Shown here: piece by piece, positions 1 to 9,783 of the stretch | How positions within the stretch are numbered: position 1 is the first letter of the stretch | Layout: each line of letters opens with the position of its first letter | Source: an uncultured Trueperaceae bacterium | GTDB taxonomy: Bacteria; Deinococcota; Deinococci; Deinococcales; Trueperaceae | Reading direction: 5' to 3' | NCBI GenBank assembly: GCA_963799485.1 | Contig: CAWCXJ010000007.1 | Coordinates: 128,001-192,000 of the forward strand | DNA: 64,000 bases | Program-made: the position numbers and the translations under genes | The notes under the pieces: generated by a model | Databases searched by the model: none | Told to the model about the DNA's origin: nothing | Seen by the model: only the letters and a program-made list of their open reading frames with translations

Positions 1-74
1 AGGGGTGCAGGCTTGTTCTTAGCGCTTCAGCTGTTGGTCATGAACGTGGGCTCGAGTCGTGCGCCAGGTCACCT

Positions 75-1592
75 GTGACGACGGCACCACTTCTAGAGCT
101 GGTCGGCGTTCGCAAGAGCTTTGCCGGCGTACAGGCACTTCGGGGCGTCGATTTCGACGTTAGGCTCGGTGAAGTTCACGCACTCTTGGGTGAAAACGGC
201 GCAGGCAAATCGACGCTCATCAAGACTATTGCAGGCGTTCATCAACCCGACGGCGGCGAGTTGCGTTTCGGCGGGCAGACCGTGCGCTTCAACACCCCGA
301 GAGACGCGCAAAAGCTCGGTATCAATACGATCTATCAAGAACTGAGCCTCTACCCGGAACTCACGGTCGCCGAAAATATCTTTATGGGTCACGCGCCCTA
401 CCGCCGTGTCGGGCCTTTTAAGGTGATGGACTGGGATACGATGTTTCGCCGCGCACGGGAGCTGTTAGCTGAACTGGACGTGTACACGCTCGATGTGCGC
501 GGCAAGGTCGGGGCCCTTAGCATCGGCAACCGGCAGCGTGTCGAGATTGCCAAGGCGCTTTCACTTAATGCCAAGCTGCTGATTATGGACGAACCCACCG
601 CCGCCTTAGGCGAAACGGACACCCTGCACCTCTTCCGGACGGTTCGTTTGCTCCGCGACCGGGGGGTCGGCATTATCTATATTTCACACAAACTCAGCGA
701 AGTGTTCGAGCTTGCCGACCGTGTGAGCGTCTTGCGCGACGGGCAGTACATCGGTACTAAAGACGTGGCTGATACGAGTGAACGTGACCTCATCGGCATG
801 ATGGTCGGGCGCGACGTCGGGACGCTCTTTCCCAAACAAGACAGCAAGGTGGGCGAGGTGGTGCTCGAGCTTCGTCACGTCAGCCGCGCCCCGCACACCC
901 ACGACGTTTCGTTCACGCTCCGGGCCGGTGAAATCGTCGGCTTGGCCGGACTCGTCGGCTCGGGCCGCTCTGAAACCGCGCAGGCTGTGTTCGGGACGCT
1001 GCCGGCGCACAGCGGCGAGATTTTGGTCGCGGGTCAGCCTGTAACCATCCGCGCGCCCGCGCAGGCGGTCGCCCACGGCGTCGCCTACGTGCCTGAAGAC
1101 CGGGGCACGCAAGGGCTCATTAAAGAGATGACGCTCCGTGAAAACACCACGCTGGCTGTTCTTAAACACGTCGCAAAAGGCGGCTTTATCGACACCGGAC
1201 GGGAACGGCGTATGGCGCAGGACGCCATCAAACAGTTCGGCATTCGCGCCTACGGCCCCGAACAGCTCGTCGGGACGCTCTCGGGCGGCAATCAGCAAAA
1301 GGTCGTCGTCGGCAAGTGGCTGGCGAGCAACCCTAAAGTTTTGATTATCGACGAACCGACGCGCGGGGTTGACGTCGGGGCCAAGGCCGAGATTCACCGG
1401 CTCATCGGGCAGCTTGCAGCCGAACAGGGATTGGCTATTTTGATGATTTCTTCCGAGCTGCCGGAGATTTTAGGGATGAGCGACCGGGTTTTAGTGATGC
1501 GTGAAGGCCGGCTTGTAGCTGAATTTTCTCGTGCCGAAGCGACGCCTGAAAAGCTTGGCGCGGCGATGATGAGCGAAGAGGTGGCGGCGTGA
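75..1592 (+). CDS. Sugar ABC transporter ATP-binding protein (CUT2, RhaT/RbsA/LsrA-like, two NBDs)
   Basis: Walker A GENGAGKST, LSIGNRQRVEIAKAL, second NBD LSGGNQQKV and DEPTRGVDVGAK. Confidence 0.93.
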   Translation: MTTAPLLELVGVRKSFAGVQALRGVDFDVRLGEVHALLGENGAGKSTLIKTIAGVHQPDGGELRFGGQTVRFNTPRDAQKLGINTIYQELSLYPELTVAENIFMGHAPYRRVGPFKVMDWDTMFRRARELLAELDVYTLDVRGKVGALSIGNRQRVEIAKALSLNAKLLIMDEPTAALGETDTLHLFRTVRLLRDRGVGIIYISHKLSEVFELADRVSVLRDGQYIGTKDVADTSERDLIGMMVGRDVGTLFPKQDSKVGEVVLELRHVSRAPHTHDVSFTLRAGEIVGLAGLVGSGRSETAQAVFGTLPAHSGEILVAGQPVTIRAPAQAVAHGVAYVPEDRGTQGLIKEMTLRENTTLAVLKHVAKGGFIDTGRERRMAQDAIKQFGIRAYGPEQLVGTLSGGNQQKVVVGKWLASNPKVLIIDEPTRGVDVGAKAEIHRLIGQLAAEQGLAILMISSELPEILGMSDRVLVMREGRLVAEFSRAEATPEKLGAAMMSEEVAA

Positions 1593-2980
1593 GCCCTGAT
1601 ACGAACGCACTTCGTTCACCGCTGGCGTGGTTGCCTATGCTACTCGGCGCAGCGCTTTTGGTTTCATATGTTTTCCTGCCTTTCGTTATCCAGCCGGAAC
1701 TTGGCCCCAGCACCTTTCCGGCGGTCAACACCTCGAGAGACGCCAACGAATTTGGCCTCGAGACCAGTGGCGCGCAGCTTATCCTCTTCGCTGCCGGAAT
1801 TGCGCTGCTCGCCGGGGTCTGGGGTCTGACGAACAAACAGTTCAGCCGGGCAGTTTCCGCCGTCACCGCGCTCGGCGGCGTTTTGGTCTTGGAATACTAC
1901 GCCGTCTTTTTTCTCTCGTACCGGGGCGATGAGGGCACCTATCTAAACGCGCTGGGACTGAGTTTCTGGCTGATGCTGGGGCTGGGTGTTGTCATGGTTT
2001 TACAACTCGCGCTGCCCCGTCCCGTTGCGCCCCCCGAATACCGCCTGAACCGCCTGTTAGCCAATCAAGAGAGCGTCATCGTCGTGGCTCTGCTTATCCT
2101 TTTTGTCACCATCGGTCTCAACAACCCACGCTTTCTAGCCGAACGCAACCTGCTCGACATCTTGCAGGGCAACGCCTACATTGCCGTCGCCGCCATCGGT
2201 ATGTCGATGGTCATTATCACCGGCAACATCGACATCTCGGTGGGGTCTTTAATTGGCTTGCTGGCAATTATCAGCGGGCGTCTGGTCGTCAACGATGTAC
2301 CCGTCATCATCGCGTGGCTCGTCCCGCTCCTTGTCGGCGGCGGCGTTGGAGCGGTAATTGGGCTCCTCGTCGCTTACTTGCGAATTCCCTCGATTGTCGT
2401 CACGCTCGGGATGCTCAGTATCCTTAAAGGCATTCTGATTATCTGGACGAGCGGCGAGCGCATCACCGGGATGCCGGCGGCGTTTTATCTCGCGCAGGCG
2501 CGGCCCCTCGGGATACCGATGCCGGTCGTTTTCATGATTGTGCTAACGCTGCTAGCGGCGCTCTGGCTCCGTTACAGCGGCCTCGGGCGAGCGTTTTACG
2601 CGCTCGGCGGCAACGCAGAGGCGGCGCGGCTCTCGGGCTTTTCGCAGACGCGGCTGGTGATGCAAGTTTTTATTCTAAACGGCGTCTTTGCGGGCGTCGC
2701 CGCCGTGCTTTACGCCACGCAGCTCAACGTCATTCAGCCGACGCCGCCGCCCGGTTTGGAGCTGTTCGTCATCACTGCCGCCGTCGTCGGTGGGGTCAGC
2801 ATTTTGGGTGGTAAAGGCACCGTTATCGGCGCGATGCTGGCGGCAATTTTGCTTAATACGATTCGCTCGGGAATGATTTTCGTCAACGTTTCACCCTTTT
2901 GGATTCAGGCGGTGCAGGGTGTGCTGATCCTCGTTACGGTGCTGCTCGACCTCTTGAGACGCCGGAGGCAACTCCTGTGA
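1589..2980 (+). CDS. Sugar ABC permease (RbsC/LsrC-like) with an extra N-terminal membrane region
   Basis: ITGNIDISVGS, IPSIVVTLG, ALGGNAEAARLSG, GGVSILGGKG motifs; GTGA overlap with the ATPase stop. Confidence 0.9.
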   Translation: MSPDTNALRSPLAWLPMLLGAALLVSYVFLPFVIQPELGPSTFPAVNTSRDANEFGLETSGAQLILFAAGIALLAGVWGLTNKQFSRAVSAVTALGGVLVLEYYAVFFLSYRGDEGTYLNALGLSFWLMLGLGVVMVLQLALPRPVAPPEYRLNRLLANQESVIVVALLILFVTIGLNNPRFLAERNLLDILQGNAYIAVAAIGMSMVIITGNIDISVGSLIGLLAIISGRLVVNDVPVIIAWLVPLLVGGGVGAVIGLLVAYLRIPSIVVTLGMLSILKGILIIWTSGERITGMPAAFYLAQARPLGIPMPVVFMIVLTLLAALWLRYSGLGRAFYALGGNAEAARLSGFSQTRLVMQVFILNGVFAGVAAVLYATQLNVIQPTPPPGLELFVITAAVVGGVSILGGKGTVIGAMLAAILLNTIRSGMIFVNVSPFWIQAVQGVLILVTVLLDLLRRRRQLL

Positions 2981-3957
2981 CACACAACACGCCTGGCCTG
3001 GCGCAACGCGTGCGTAACGTCGTCTTGAGCCAAGAGGGTATCTTGTTCGTTATCTTAGCTGTCGTCATCGCAGTGCTGGCGGGGCGGAGCGAAGTGTTTT
3101 TTACCCCGCGCAACCTCATCAATCAGGGCCGGTTGATGAGCGAGGTCGGGCTCGTCGCGCTGCCGATGACCTTTATCATCGTCACGGGCGGTATCGACCT
3201 CTCGGTCGGCTCGATTTTGGGACTTTGCGCGATTCTGCTCGGGGTGCTCTGGCAAGGCCTCGGCATTCCGCTTGGGATTGTGCTGATTCTGGTGCTCGTC
3301 GTCGGCATTTTGGCCGGAATGTTTAACGCGGCCTTTATCGTCCGGGTCGGGGTGCCGCCGCTCATCATGACGCTGGCGACCTTGGCGCTCTACCGGGGCT
3401 TGGCGCAGGGTATCAGTCGGGCTAGAAGCGTCACGGGCTACCCGGAGTGGTTTTTCTGGTTCGGTCAGGGAACGGTTGCCGGTCTGCCCGTGCAGCTCTG
3501 GGCGTTTATCCTCATGGCGCTTATTTCGGCGGTAGTGCTGCGGCGTACGACGCTCGGGCGCTCGCTTTACGCGCTCGGCAATAATCCGGTCGGTGCGCGT
3601 TTTTCGGGGCTGCCGGTGGGCCGTAATCTGCTCATCATCTACGCGTTTTCCGGCTTGATGGCGGCATTTGCGGCGATAATTTTTGTCTCGAGAGTCACCA
3701 CTACCCGCAGCGATATGGGTACCGGGCTCGAGCTGGACGCCATCGCCGCCGTGGTGTTGGGGGGCACCAGCATTTTCGGCGGTAAAGGCAGCGTCTTCGG
3801 CACCATTTTGGGCCTCGTGTTGATTCAGCTCCTGAAAAACGGTCTCGCCCTGACCGGCGTCACGAGCGACGCCACGATTATCGTCATCGGCAGCACCCTG
3901 ATTCTCGCTATTTTGGTCAACAACTTGATTCAGCGTCTTAGGGGGGGAGCTATGTAA
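2977..3957 (+). CDS. Sugar ABC permease (RhaQ/LsrD-like)
   Basis: TGGIDLSVGS, GNNPVGARFSG, LGGTSIFGGKGS; start set at GTG 2977 (GTGA overlap, GGAGG at 2964-2968). Confidence 0.9.
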   Translation: MTHNTPGLAQRVRNVVLSQEGILFVILAVVIAVLAGRSEVFFTPRNLINQGRLMSEVGLVALPMTFIIVTGGIDLSVGSILGLCAILLGVLWQGLGIPLGIVLILVLVVGILAGMFNAAFIVRVGVPPLIMTLATLALYRGLAQGISRARSVTGYPEWFFWFGQGTVAGLPVQLWAFILMALISAVVLRRTTLGRSLYALGNNPVGARFSGLPVGRNLLIIYAFSGLMAAFAAIIFVSRVTTTRSDMGTGLELDAIAAVVLGGTSIFGGKGSVFGTILGLVLIQLLKNGLALTGVTSDATIIVIGSTLILAILVNNLIQRLRGGAM

Positions 3958-4011
3958 AACGTGGACAGCAGACTCGAGCCCGTAGCCAAACACATCTCGA
4001 ACGGAGGATTT

Positions 4012-5133
4012 ATGAACACCGCAATCGCCGTAAAACTCACCGCACTCCTCGCCACCGCGTCCCTTTTGGGCGTCGGGGTGGCCCAAAGCTCGTGGGACGG
4101 CGGCGACGACCTGCCGACGAGCCCGCTTCCGTGCGGCAGCGAAGCCGCGCCCACACCCGCCGCACAACCCTACGACGGCGGCACGGCGAGCGGCGCACCC
4201 GACTTGGCCGGACAACCGCTCAACTTCGTCGATGTACCCAAACTCGTCGGTATCGGCTACTTCAACGCGACCTCGCAAGGCATCCAGGAGGCCGCCGAAG
4301 AACTCGGCACCATGACCGGCAGAACCGACGGCCCCACCGAAGCCAACATCGACGACCAGATCGCGGTGCTTGAGAATTACATCTCGAGCGGCAACATTCA
4401 GGGTATCTTGTTCGCTGCCAACGACCCCGTAGCGATTTCACCGGTGCTGAAACGGGCCTTGGCGCAGGGCATCCACGTCGTCGGCTACGACGCCAACAGC
4501 CAGCCCGACGCGCGCGAGTGGTTTGTCAACCAGGCCGAGTTTAACGGCATCGCCAAGGCGATGATCGACAACATGGCCGCCGAAAAAGGCGAAGCCGCGC
4601 AGTTCGGCATCGTCACCAGCACCTTTACGACGCCGAACCAGGCGCGCTGGATTGCCGAGATGCAGGCGTACCAGGAATCGTGCTTTCCCGAAATGCAGTG
4701 GTTGGAGACCTTGGAGGCCCAAGAGGACGCCGTGCAGTCGTTTAATCAGGCGAACACCTTGATCAACAAATACGGCAACGACTTGGACGGGATTTTCGGC
4801 ATGACGAGCGTGGCGACACCTTCGTCGGCGGACGCGGTGACGCAGGCCGGACTCTGCGGTGAGGTCGCGGTTATCGGGCTCGCTACGCCCAACGATATGA
4901 AACCCTATGTAGACGCGGATTGCGTCAAGTCGGTGGTGCTGTGGAACCCCATCGACCTCGGTTACGCCGCCGCCTATGTGCTGCGGGCCGTTGCCGACGG
5001 GACGTTGACGCCCGACTCGACGACGGTTTCCGCCGGACGTTTGGGCGACCTGCAAATCATCAACGGCTCGGAAATCCTGCTCGGCGCACCGTTTGTCTTT
5101 ACGAGCGAGAACATAGGCGACTTCGACTTTTAG
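4012..5133 (+). CDS. Sugar ABC substrate-binding protein, RhaS/LsrB family
   Basis: PKLVGIGYF, DGPTEA, WNPIDLGYAA, C-terminal FTSENIGDFDF; signal peptide; GGAGG before ATG 4012. Confidence 0.88.
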   Translation: MNTAIAVKLTALLATASLLGVGVAQSSWDGGDDLPTSPLPCGSEAAPTPAAQPYDGGTASGAPDLAGQPLNFVDVPKLVGIGYFNATSQGIQEAAEELGTMTGRTDGPTEANIDDQIAVLENYISSGNIQGILFAANDPVAISPVLKRALAQGIHVVGYDANSQPDAREWFVNQAEFNGIAKAMIDNMAAEKGEAAQFGIVTSTFTTPNQARWIAEMQAYQESCFPEMQWLETLEAQEDAVQSFNQANTLINKYGNDLDGIFGMTSVATPSSADAVTQAGLCGEVAVIGLATPNDMKPYVDADCVKSVVLWNPIDLGYAAAYVLRAVADGTLTPDSTTVSAGRLGDLQIINGSEILLGAPFVFTSENIGDFDF

Positions 5134-5161
5134 TTTGCGGTAATCCGAACGTCGGCAAAAA

Positions 5162-5188
5162 CACCCGTAGCGCCCAACGCTACGGGTG
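5162..5188 (+). terminator. 11-bp stem hairpin after the SBP gene (mRNA-stabilising hairpin or partial terminator)
   Basis: CACCCGTAGCG-cccaa-CGCTACGGGTG; weak U tract. Confidence 0.6.
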
Positions 5189-5220
5189 CATCTTTAGACA
5201 TATTTATAGTTGAGGTCACG

Positions 5221-5988
5221 ATGACACAAACGCTTCAAGACAACGAGCTTCAGCAAGAACTCGTCGGGCTCGCCCGCACCCTCGGCGACCCGGCGCGGGC
5301 TCTCGCTATTTTAGGCGAAGGCAACGTGAGCGCACGGGCGGATGAAAGGACGTTTTGGGTCAAGGCGTCGGGCAGCAGTTTGGGGACGCTGGGGCCTACC
5401 GACCTGAGCCGCGTTCACTTTGAGGCGGTTTTGGAGGTTTTAGACCGGGACACGCTGAGTGAACTCGAGGTCGAAGCGGTTCTCGTTGCCGCGCAAACCG
5501 ACCCGGCGCACAAAAAGCCGTCGGTCGAGACGTTTTTACACGCGCTCTGCCTAAAGAGCGGCGCAACCTGGGTCGCGCACACACACGCGGCAGCCGTCAA
5601 CCGGATTTTATGCAGCACGCTCGGCGCGGAGCCGTTTAAGCAGCATATCTTCCCCGACGCCGTGGTCGTTTGCGGCGTTACCCCGGCAGTCGTTCCGTAT
5701 GTCGACCCCGGTTTCGGCCTCGCCAAAGCGGTACAAGCCGAACTCGCACGCTACCTGGAGGTTTACGGGACGCTACCCAAACTTTTGCTGATGGAAAATC
5801 ACGGTCTGGTCGCGCTCGGCAGCAGCGCCCGCGAGGTTTTGAATATCACGCTGATGGCGGACAAGTGGGCGCGGACGCTCGCAGGAACCTACGCGCTCGG
5901 CGGGCCGCGCTTTTTGCCCGAAAGAGAGGTCGAACGTATCGATACCCGCCTGGACGAAGACTACCGCCGGAAACGGCTGGTCGAATAG
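5221..5988 (+). CDS. Class II aldolase/adducin family protein (rhamnulose-/fuculose-1-P aldolase-like)
   Basis: [20 protein letters not shown] and NHGLVALG Zn-binding motifs. Confidence 0.8.
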   Translation: MTQTLQDNELQQELVGLARTLGDPARALAILGEGNVSARADERTFWVKASGSSLGTLGPTDLSRVHFEAVLEVLDRDTLSELEVEAVLVAAQTDPAHKKPSVETFLHALCLKSGATWVAHTHAAAVNRILCSTLGAEPFKQHIFPDAVVVCGVTPAVVPYVDPGFGLAKAVQAELARYLEVYGTLPKLLLMENHGLVALGSSAREVLNITLMADKWARTLAGTYALGGPRFLPEREVERIDTRLDEDYRRKRLVE

Positions 5989-6000
5989 AATGGTGGGCTA

Positions 6001-7476
6001 GTGGATAAAGCAAACTTTTTAGCGGTGGATTTGGGAGCCTCGAGCGGGCGCGTTTTGCTCGGGACGCTGACGGATGAGCGCTTCAAGCTGCGCGAACTGC
6101 GCCGCTTCGACAACGGCCCGGTGCGGCTCGGCAAGGTTTCGGGGACGAGTTTGTACTGGAATCCGCTCGAGCTCTGGAGTCAGCTTCAGGGAGCGCTCAG
6201 GGGTTATGCCAGAAACGTCGGCACCCCGCTAAAAGGCATCGGCGTCGATACCTGGGGCGTCGATTTCGCCCTCTTGGACGAGAGCGGCAACCTCCTCGGC
6301 AATCCGCACCACTACCGCGACGCGCGTACCGACGGGGTGATGGAACGGGTTTTCGAGCGCGTCCCCAAATCCGAGCTGTACCGCCGCACGGGGCTGCAGT
6401 TTATGCAGATCAACACGCTTTATCAGCTCTACAGCATGAAGGGGAGCGCGCAGCTGGCGGCGGCCCGGACGCTGTTAATGATGCCCGACTTGTTTCACTA
6501 CTGGCTTACCGGCGAGGCTTACGGCGAAACGACGGTTGCCTCGACCACTCAGCTGCTGGACGCGACCACCAGGCAGTGGGATACGGCGCTGCTCGAGACG
6601 TTGGGCCTGCCCGGTCACATTTTGCCGCCGCTCATCGCGCCGGGAACGGTGTTGGGGACGCTCCATCCGGGTGTCGCCAAAAGCGCGCATCTCTCCCCCG
6701 ACACGCCCGTTATCGTCCCCGCCACTCACGACACGGCGAGCGCCGTCGCTGCGATTTCGGGCGGCGGGATGTTCGTCAGCTCCGGGACGTGGAGCCTCGT
6801 TGGAACCGAGCTTGCCGAACCCGTCCTGACACCCGAGGCGCTGGCCCGCGACTTTACCAACGAAAGCGGTGTCGGCGGTACCGTCCGGCTGCTTAAAAAT
6901 CTCGCAGGGTTGTGGCTCTTGCAGGAGTGCCGCAGACAGTGGATTTCAGAAGGTTACGACTACACCTGGGAACAACTGCTGGCGCTGGGCGAGCGGGCCG
7001 AGGCATTTCGCAGTCTCATCGACCCCGGCGCGGAGACGTTTCTAAATCCGGAAAATATGCCGGAAGCTATCCGCAGGACTTGCCGCGACCACGGTGAACC
7101 CGAGCCCGAAGGTATCGGCGCGCTGGTTCGCTGCTGTCTGGAAAGTCTGGCGCTCAAATACCGGAGCGTGCTGGACGACCTCGAGGCCCTCACCGGCACC
7201 CCTATGGAGACCGTGCGGATTGTCGGCGGCGGCTCGCAAAATACGCTGTTGTGCCAGTACACCGCCAACGCCTGCCGCCGAAGGGTCGTCGCGGGCCCGG
7301 TCGAAGCCACGGCGCTCGGCAACCTGATGATGCAGGCGCTCGCCGGAGGGTTTTTGCCCGACCTGAACACCGGGCGGGCGGTGGTTGCGGTCTCGAGCCC
7401 GCAAGCGCACTTCGAGCCGCAAGACGGCGAAGCGTGGGAAGACGCCTACGGGCGTTTCCGTACACGCTTTTTATAG
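6001..7476 (+). CDS. rhaB: Rhamnulokinase (FGGY family)
   Basis: AVDLGASSGR, GVDTWGVDF, HYRDART, THDTASAV, SSGTWSLVG, FTNESG. Confidence 0.82.
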   Translation: MDKANFLAVDLGASSGRVLLGTLTDERFKLRELRRFDNGPVRLGKVSGTSLYWNPLELWSQLQGALRGYARNVGTPLKGIGVDTWGVDFALLDESGNLLGNPHHYRDARTDGVMERVFERVPKSELYRRTGLQFMQINTLYQLYSMKGSAQLAAARTLLMMPDLFHYWLTGEAYGETTVASTTQLLDATTRQWDTALLETLGLPGHILPPLIAPGTVLGTLHPGVAKSAHLSPDTPVIVPATHDTASAVAAISGGGMFVSSGTWSLVGTELAEPVLTPEALARDFTNESGVGGTVRLLKNLAGLWLLQECRRQWISEGYDYTWEQLLALGERAEAFRSLIDPGAETFLNPENMPEAIRRTCRDHGEPEPEGIGALVRCCLESLALKYRSVLDDLEALTGTPMETVRIVGGGSQNTLLCQYTANACRRRVVAGPVEATALGNLMMQALAGGFLPDLNTGRAVVAVSSPQAHFEPQDGEAWEDAYGRFRTRFL

Positions 7477-7561
7477 CGTTATGGTGCCGTAAAATGTCGA
7501 AAACTTGCCCCGGCCTTTTTGCACAACGCCGGGCGGGTTAAGCTGAACCTTTGATGGACGT

Positions 7562-9028
7562 ATGCTAGTGGACGTATCTACACTCGGACTCGATGTCGGC
7601 ACGACCGGCTGCAAGGTCGTCGCGCTCAGCCCTGCCGGAAAGGTTTTGCGGGTCGAGTCGGCAACCTATCCCCTCTTGACCGACGCGTCCGGACGGGCCG
7701 AACAAGACCTAGACGCGATTTGGGCGGCGGTCTGCCGGAGTTTACGGGGCGTCTCCGAGTTTTTACGGGGTTCGGGGCTAAAGCCTGCGGGACTTTCGCT
7801 GAGCGGCGCGATGCACAGCATTTTGCCGCTCGGCGCGCACGCACAACCGCTGGGGAACGCCGTGACCTGGGCGGACAGTCGCGCCGAGGAACTCGTGATA
7901 GAAAGCGCTGGAGGCATCTACGAGCGGACGGGGTGCCCACTCGAGACGCCCTACCACCCGGCGCGGCTGCGCTGGCTTAAAGAAACGCAACCGGAACTGT
8001 TCGCGCGTACCCGCACCTTCATCTCGATTAAAGATTACGTCGCGTACCGGCTGACCGGAACCCTCGCCACCGACATCGGGATGGCCTCGACGACGGGATT
8101 ATTGGATATTTACAAGGCGAGCTGGCATGAGGGGGCGCTCGAGCTGGCCGGGATTACCGCAGACGTACTGCCCGAACTCGTTTCGCCTACCGCGCAGCTC
8201 GGCACGTTGACGCCTGAAGCAGTGGCGGCAACCGGACTCCCTGCCGGAACTCCCGTCTTTGCCGGGACGAGCGACGGCGGGCTGGCGAATCTGGGCTCAG
8301 GCGTCGCTCGGCCCGGGGAAACAGTCGTTACGGTCGGAACAAGCGGCGCGGTGCGGCAAGCTGCCGATACGCCGCAACTCGGCTCCGAAGGGTTGACCTG
8401 GTGTTATCTACTTTCTGAAAACCGTTATTTTGCGGGTGGGGCCATCAACAACGGCGGGTTGGCGCTCGAGTGGCTCCGCGCCACTCTGTACAGCGAATTC
8501 CCCAAACGCGAGGGTTTTAAGCAACTTCTCAGGAACGCAGCCGAGGCAGCGCCGAGTGACATTATCTGTTTGCCGTATTTGACGGGCGAACGCACGCCGC
8601 ACTGGGACGCTTCGCTCCGCGGGGCCATGTTCGGCGTCGGTAAATCTCACACCAGGGCCGACCTTGCACGCGCGGGGCTCGAGGGCGTCGCCTTTTGTCT
8701 CGCAGACGTGTACAGCCTGCTCCGGCCCAACGCGCAACCCGTACAGCTGACCGGCGGCGTGACCCGCTCCCCCTTTTGGGCGCAGCTTATCACCGACACG
8801 CTCGGCGCAAAGACCGAACTCAACCGCGTCGCCGACGCTTCGGCTATCGGCGCGGCGCTGCTCGCGCAGATTGCGCTCGGCTGGGCGACGTTTGAAGGTG
8901 CAGCTAGAGTTGCTTCAGTCGGGGAACGTACCCTGCTGACACCCGACCCTGAAAAACACACTGCGTTAAACGAAAAACGGCGACGCGCGCACGCTTTGCT
9001 GGCGGCGACTCGAGGGCTTGGTGATTGA
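7562..9028 (+). CDS. gntK: Gluconokinase-like FGGY sugar kinase
   Basis: GLDVGTTGCK, SGAMHSI, TWADSRA, DGGLANLG, GTSGAVR, GGAINNGG, PYLTGER; start may be GTG 7568. Confidence 0.72.
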   Translation: MLVDVSTLGLDVGTTGCKVVALSPAGKVLRVESATYPLLTDASGRAEQDLDAIWAAVCRSLRGVSEFLRGSGLKPAGLSLSGAMHSILPLGAHAQPLGNAVTWADSRAEELVIESAGGIYERTGCPLETPYHPARLRWLKETQPELFARTRTFISIKDYVAYRLTGTLATDIGMASTTGLLDIYKASWHEGALELAGITADVLPELVSPTAQLGTLTPEAVAATGLPAGTPVFAGTSDGGLANLGSGVARPGETVVTVGTSGAVRQAADTPQLGSEGLTWCYLLSENRYFAGGAINNGGLALEWLRATLYSEFPKREGFKQLLRNAAEAAPSDIICLPYLTGERTPHWDASLRGAMFGVGKSHTRADLARAGLEGVAFCLADVYSLLRPNAQPVQLTGGVTRSPFWAQLITDTLGAKTELNRVADASAIGAALLAQIALGWATFEGAARVASVGERTLLTPDPEKHTALNEKRRRAHALLAATRGLGD

Positions 9029-9229
9029 GCGACCTTTCCAAAAAGCGTTTTGAGCTTGTGTGAAGCTATTTCTTTACGCTTCGTGAACTCAGGCACAGCT
9101 TGCTTTCGCTTGCTACCTGCTGCTTGTCCCCGACTCACCCGTACGCCGAGAATTTCACAATCCGTAAAGACCCCCGCAGATGCCAAACTTTACCCAAACG
9201 TTCGCGTTTGACCCGGTTAGAGTAGAGCC

Positions 9230-9391
9230 ATGAAAGACCTCTCCCCCAACGCCCTCCTCTGGTGGTGGTCGCTTCCGGAAAAGCAGCAGCTCGAGATCGA
9301 AGTCAGCTGCTTGGAAGAAGCCGTCGATCTCACCGACATCATCTACCTCTTGTCGGGACAAGTCTTCGCCGACCTGCAGCCCAACGACTAA
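9230..9391 (+). CDS. Small hypothetical protein, 53 aa (not in the ORF track)
   Basis: ATG 9230 to TAA 9391, MKDLSPNALLWWWSLPEKQQLEIEVSCLEEAVDLTDIIYLLSGQVFADLQPND; GC3-rich codons; TAGAGT -10 box 6 nt upstream. Confidence 0.6.
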   Translation: MKDLSPNALLWWWSLPEKQQLEIEVSCLEEAVDLTDIIYLLSGQVFADLQPND

Positions 9392-9403
9392 CCGGCTGGC
9401 AAG

Positions 9404-9652
9404 TTAGGTGAGGTGTACGCTCTGGATACCGGTATCGGGCTCGAGGCCCGGCACAGGCGCTAGATAGTCGCTCGCATAGAGGTAGAGCGCGACGCCGCCC
9501 ACGACGAGACACACGACGGTAAAGATAATGCCGCCCGTCCGGTCCAAGTCGGCGCGTTCGGTCGGCGTTTTGTCGCGGGTTCTAAACGCCCGCAAAACCC
9601 AAAAGACCCCGAGGACCGCCAGTGCAAAAGAGATAAGGGAGAGAAAAAGCAT
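9404..9652 (-). CDS. Small hypothetical membrane protein (2 TM)
   Basis: Two hydrophobic helices; TATACT (9661-9666, minus strand) 8 nt before ATG. Confidence 0.65.
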   Translation of the reverse strand: MLFLSLISFALAVLGVFWVLRAFRTRDKTPTERADLDRTGGIIFTVVCLVVGGVALYLYASDYLAPVPGLEPDTGIQSVHLT

Positions 9653-9783
9653 AACGCCTCAGTATAGCCCGGCAGAACGCCGGTTCAGCCGCGCAGACCG
9701 CAATCTCAGGGGGTTTGCCTCAAAACACGTATGCGTCGCCGGGCAGCACGGTACGGTCGCGCTCAACCCTTATACTTGGAAGT

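Noticed and set aside
3055..4278. 407-aa antisense ORF (and similar long shadow ORFs such as 39587-40471 and 51219-52034)
   Set aside because: Opposite well-supported genes; typical high-GC shadow frames with no motifs
75..5133. AI-2 lsr quorum-sensing operon
   Set aside because: Downstream enzymes are RhaB- and aldolase-like; no lsrK/F/G/R in the window
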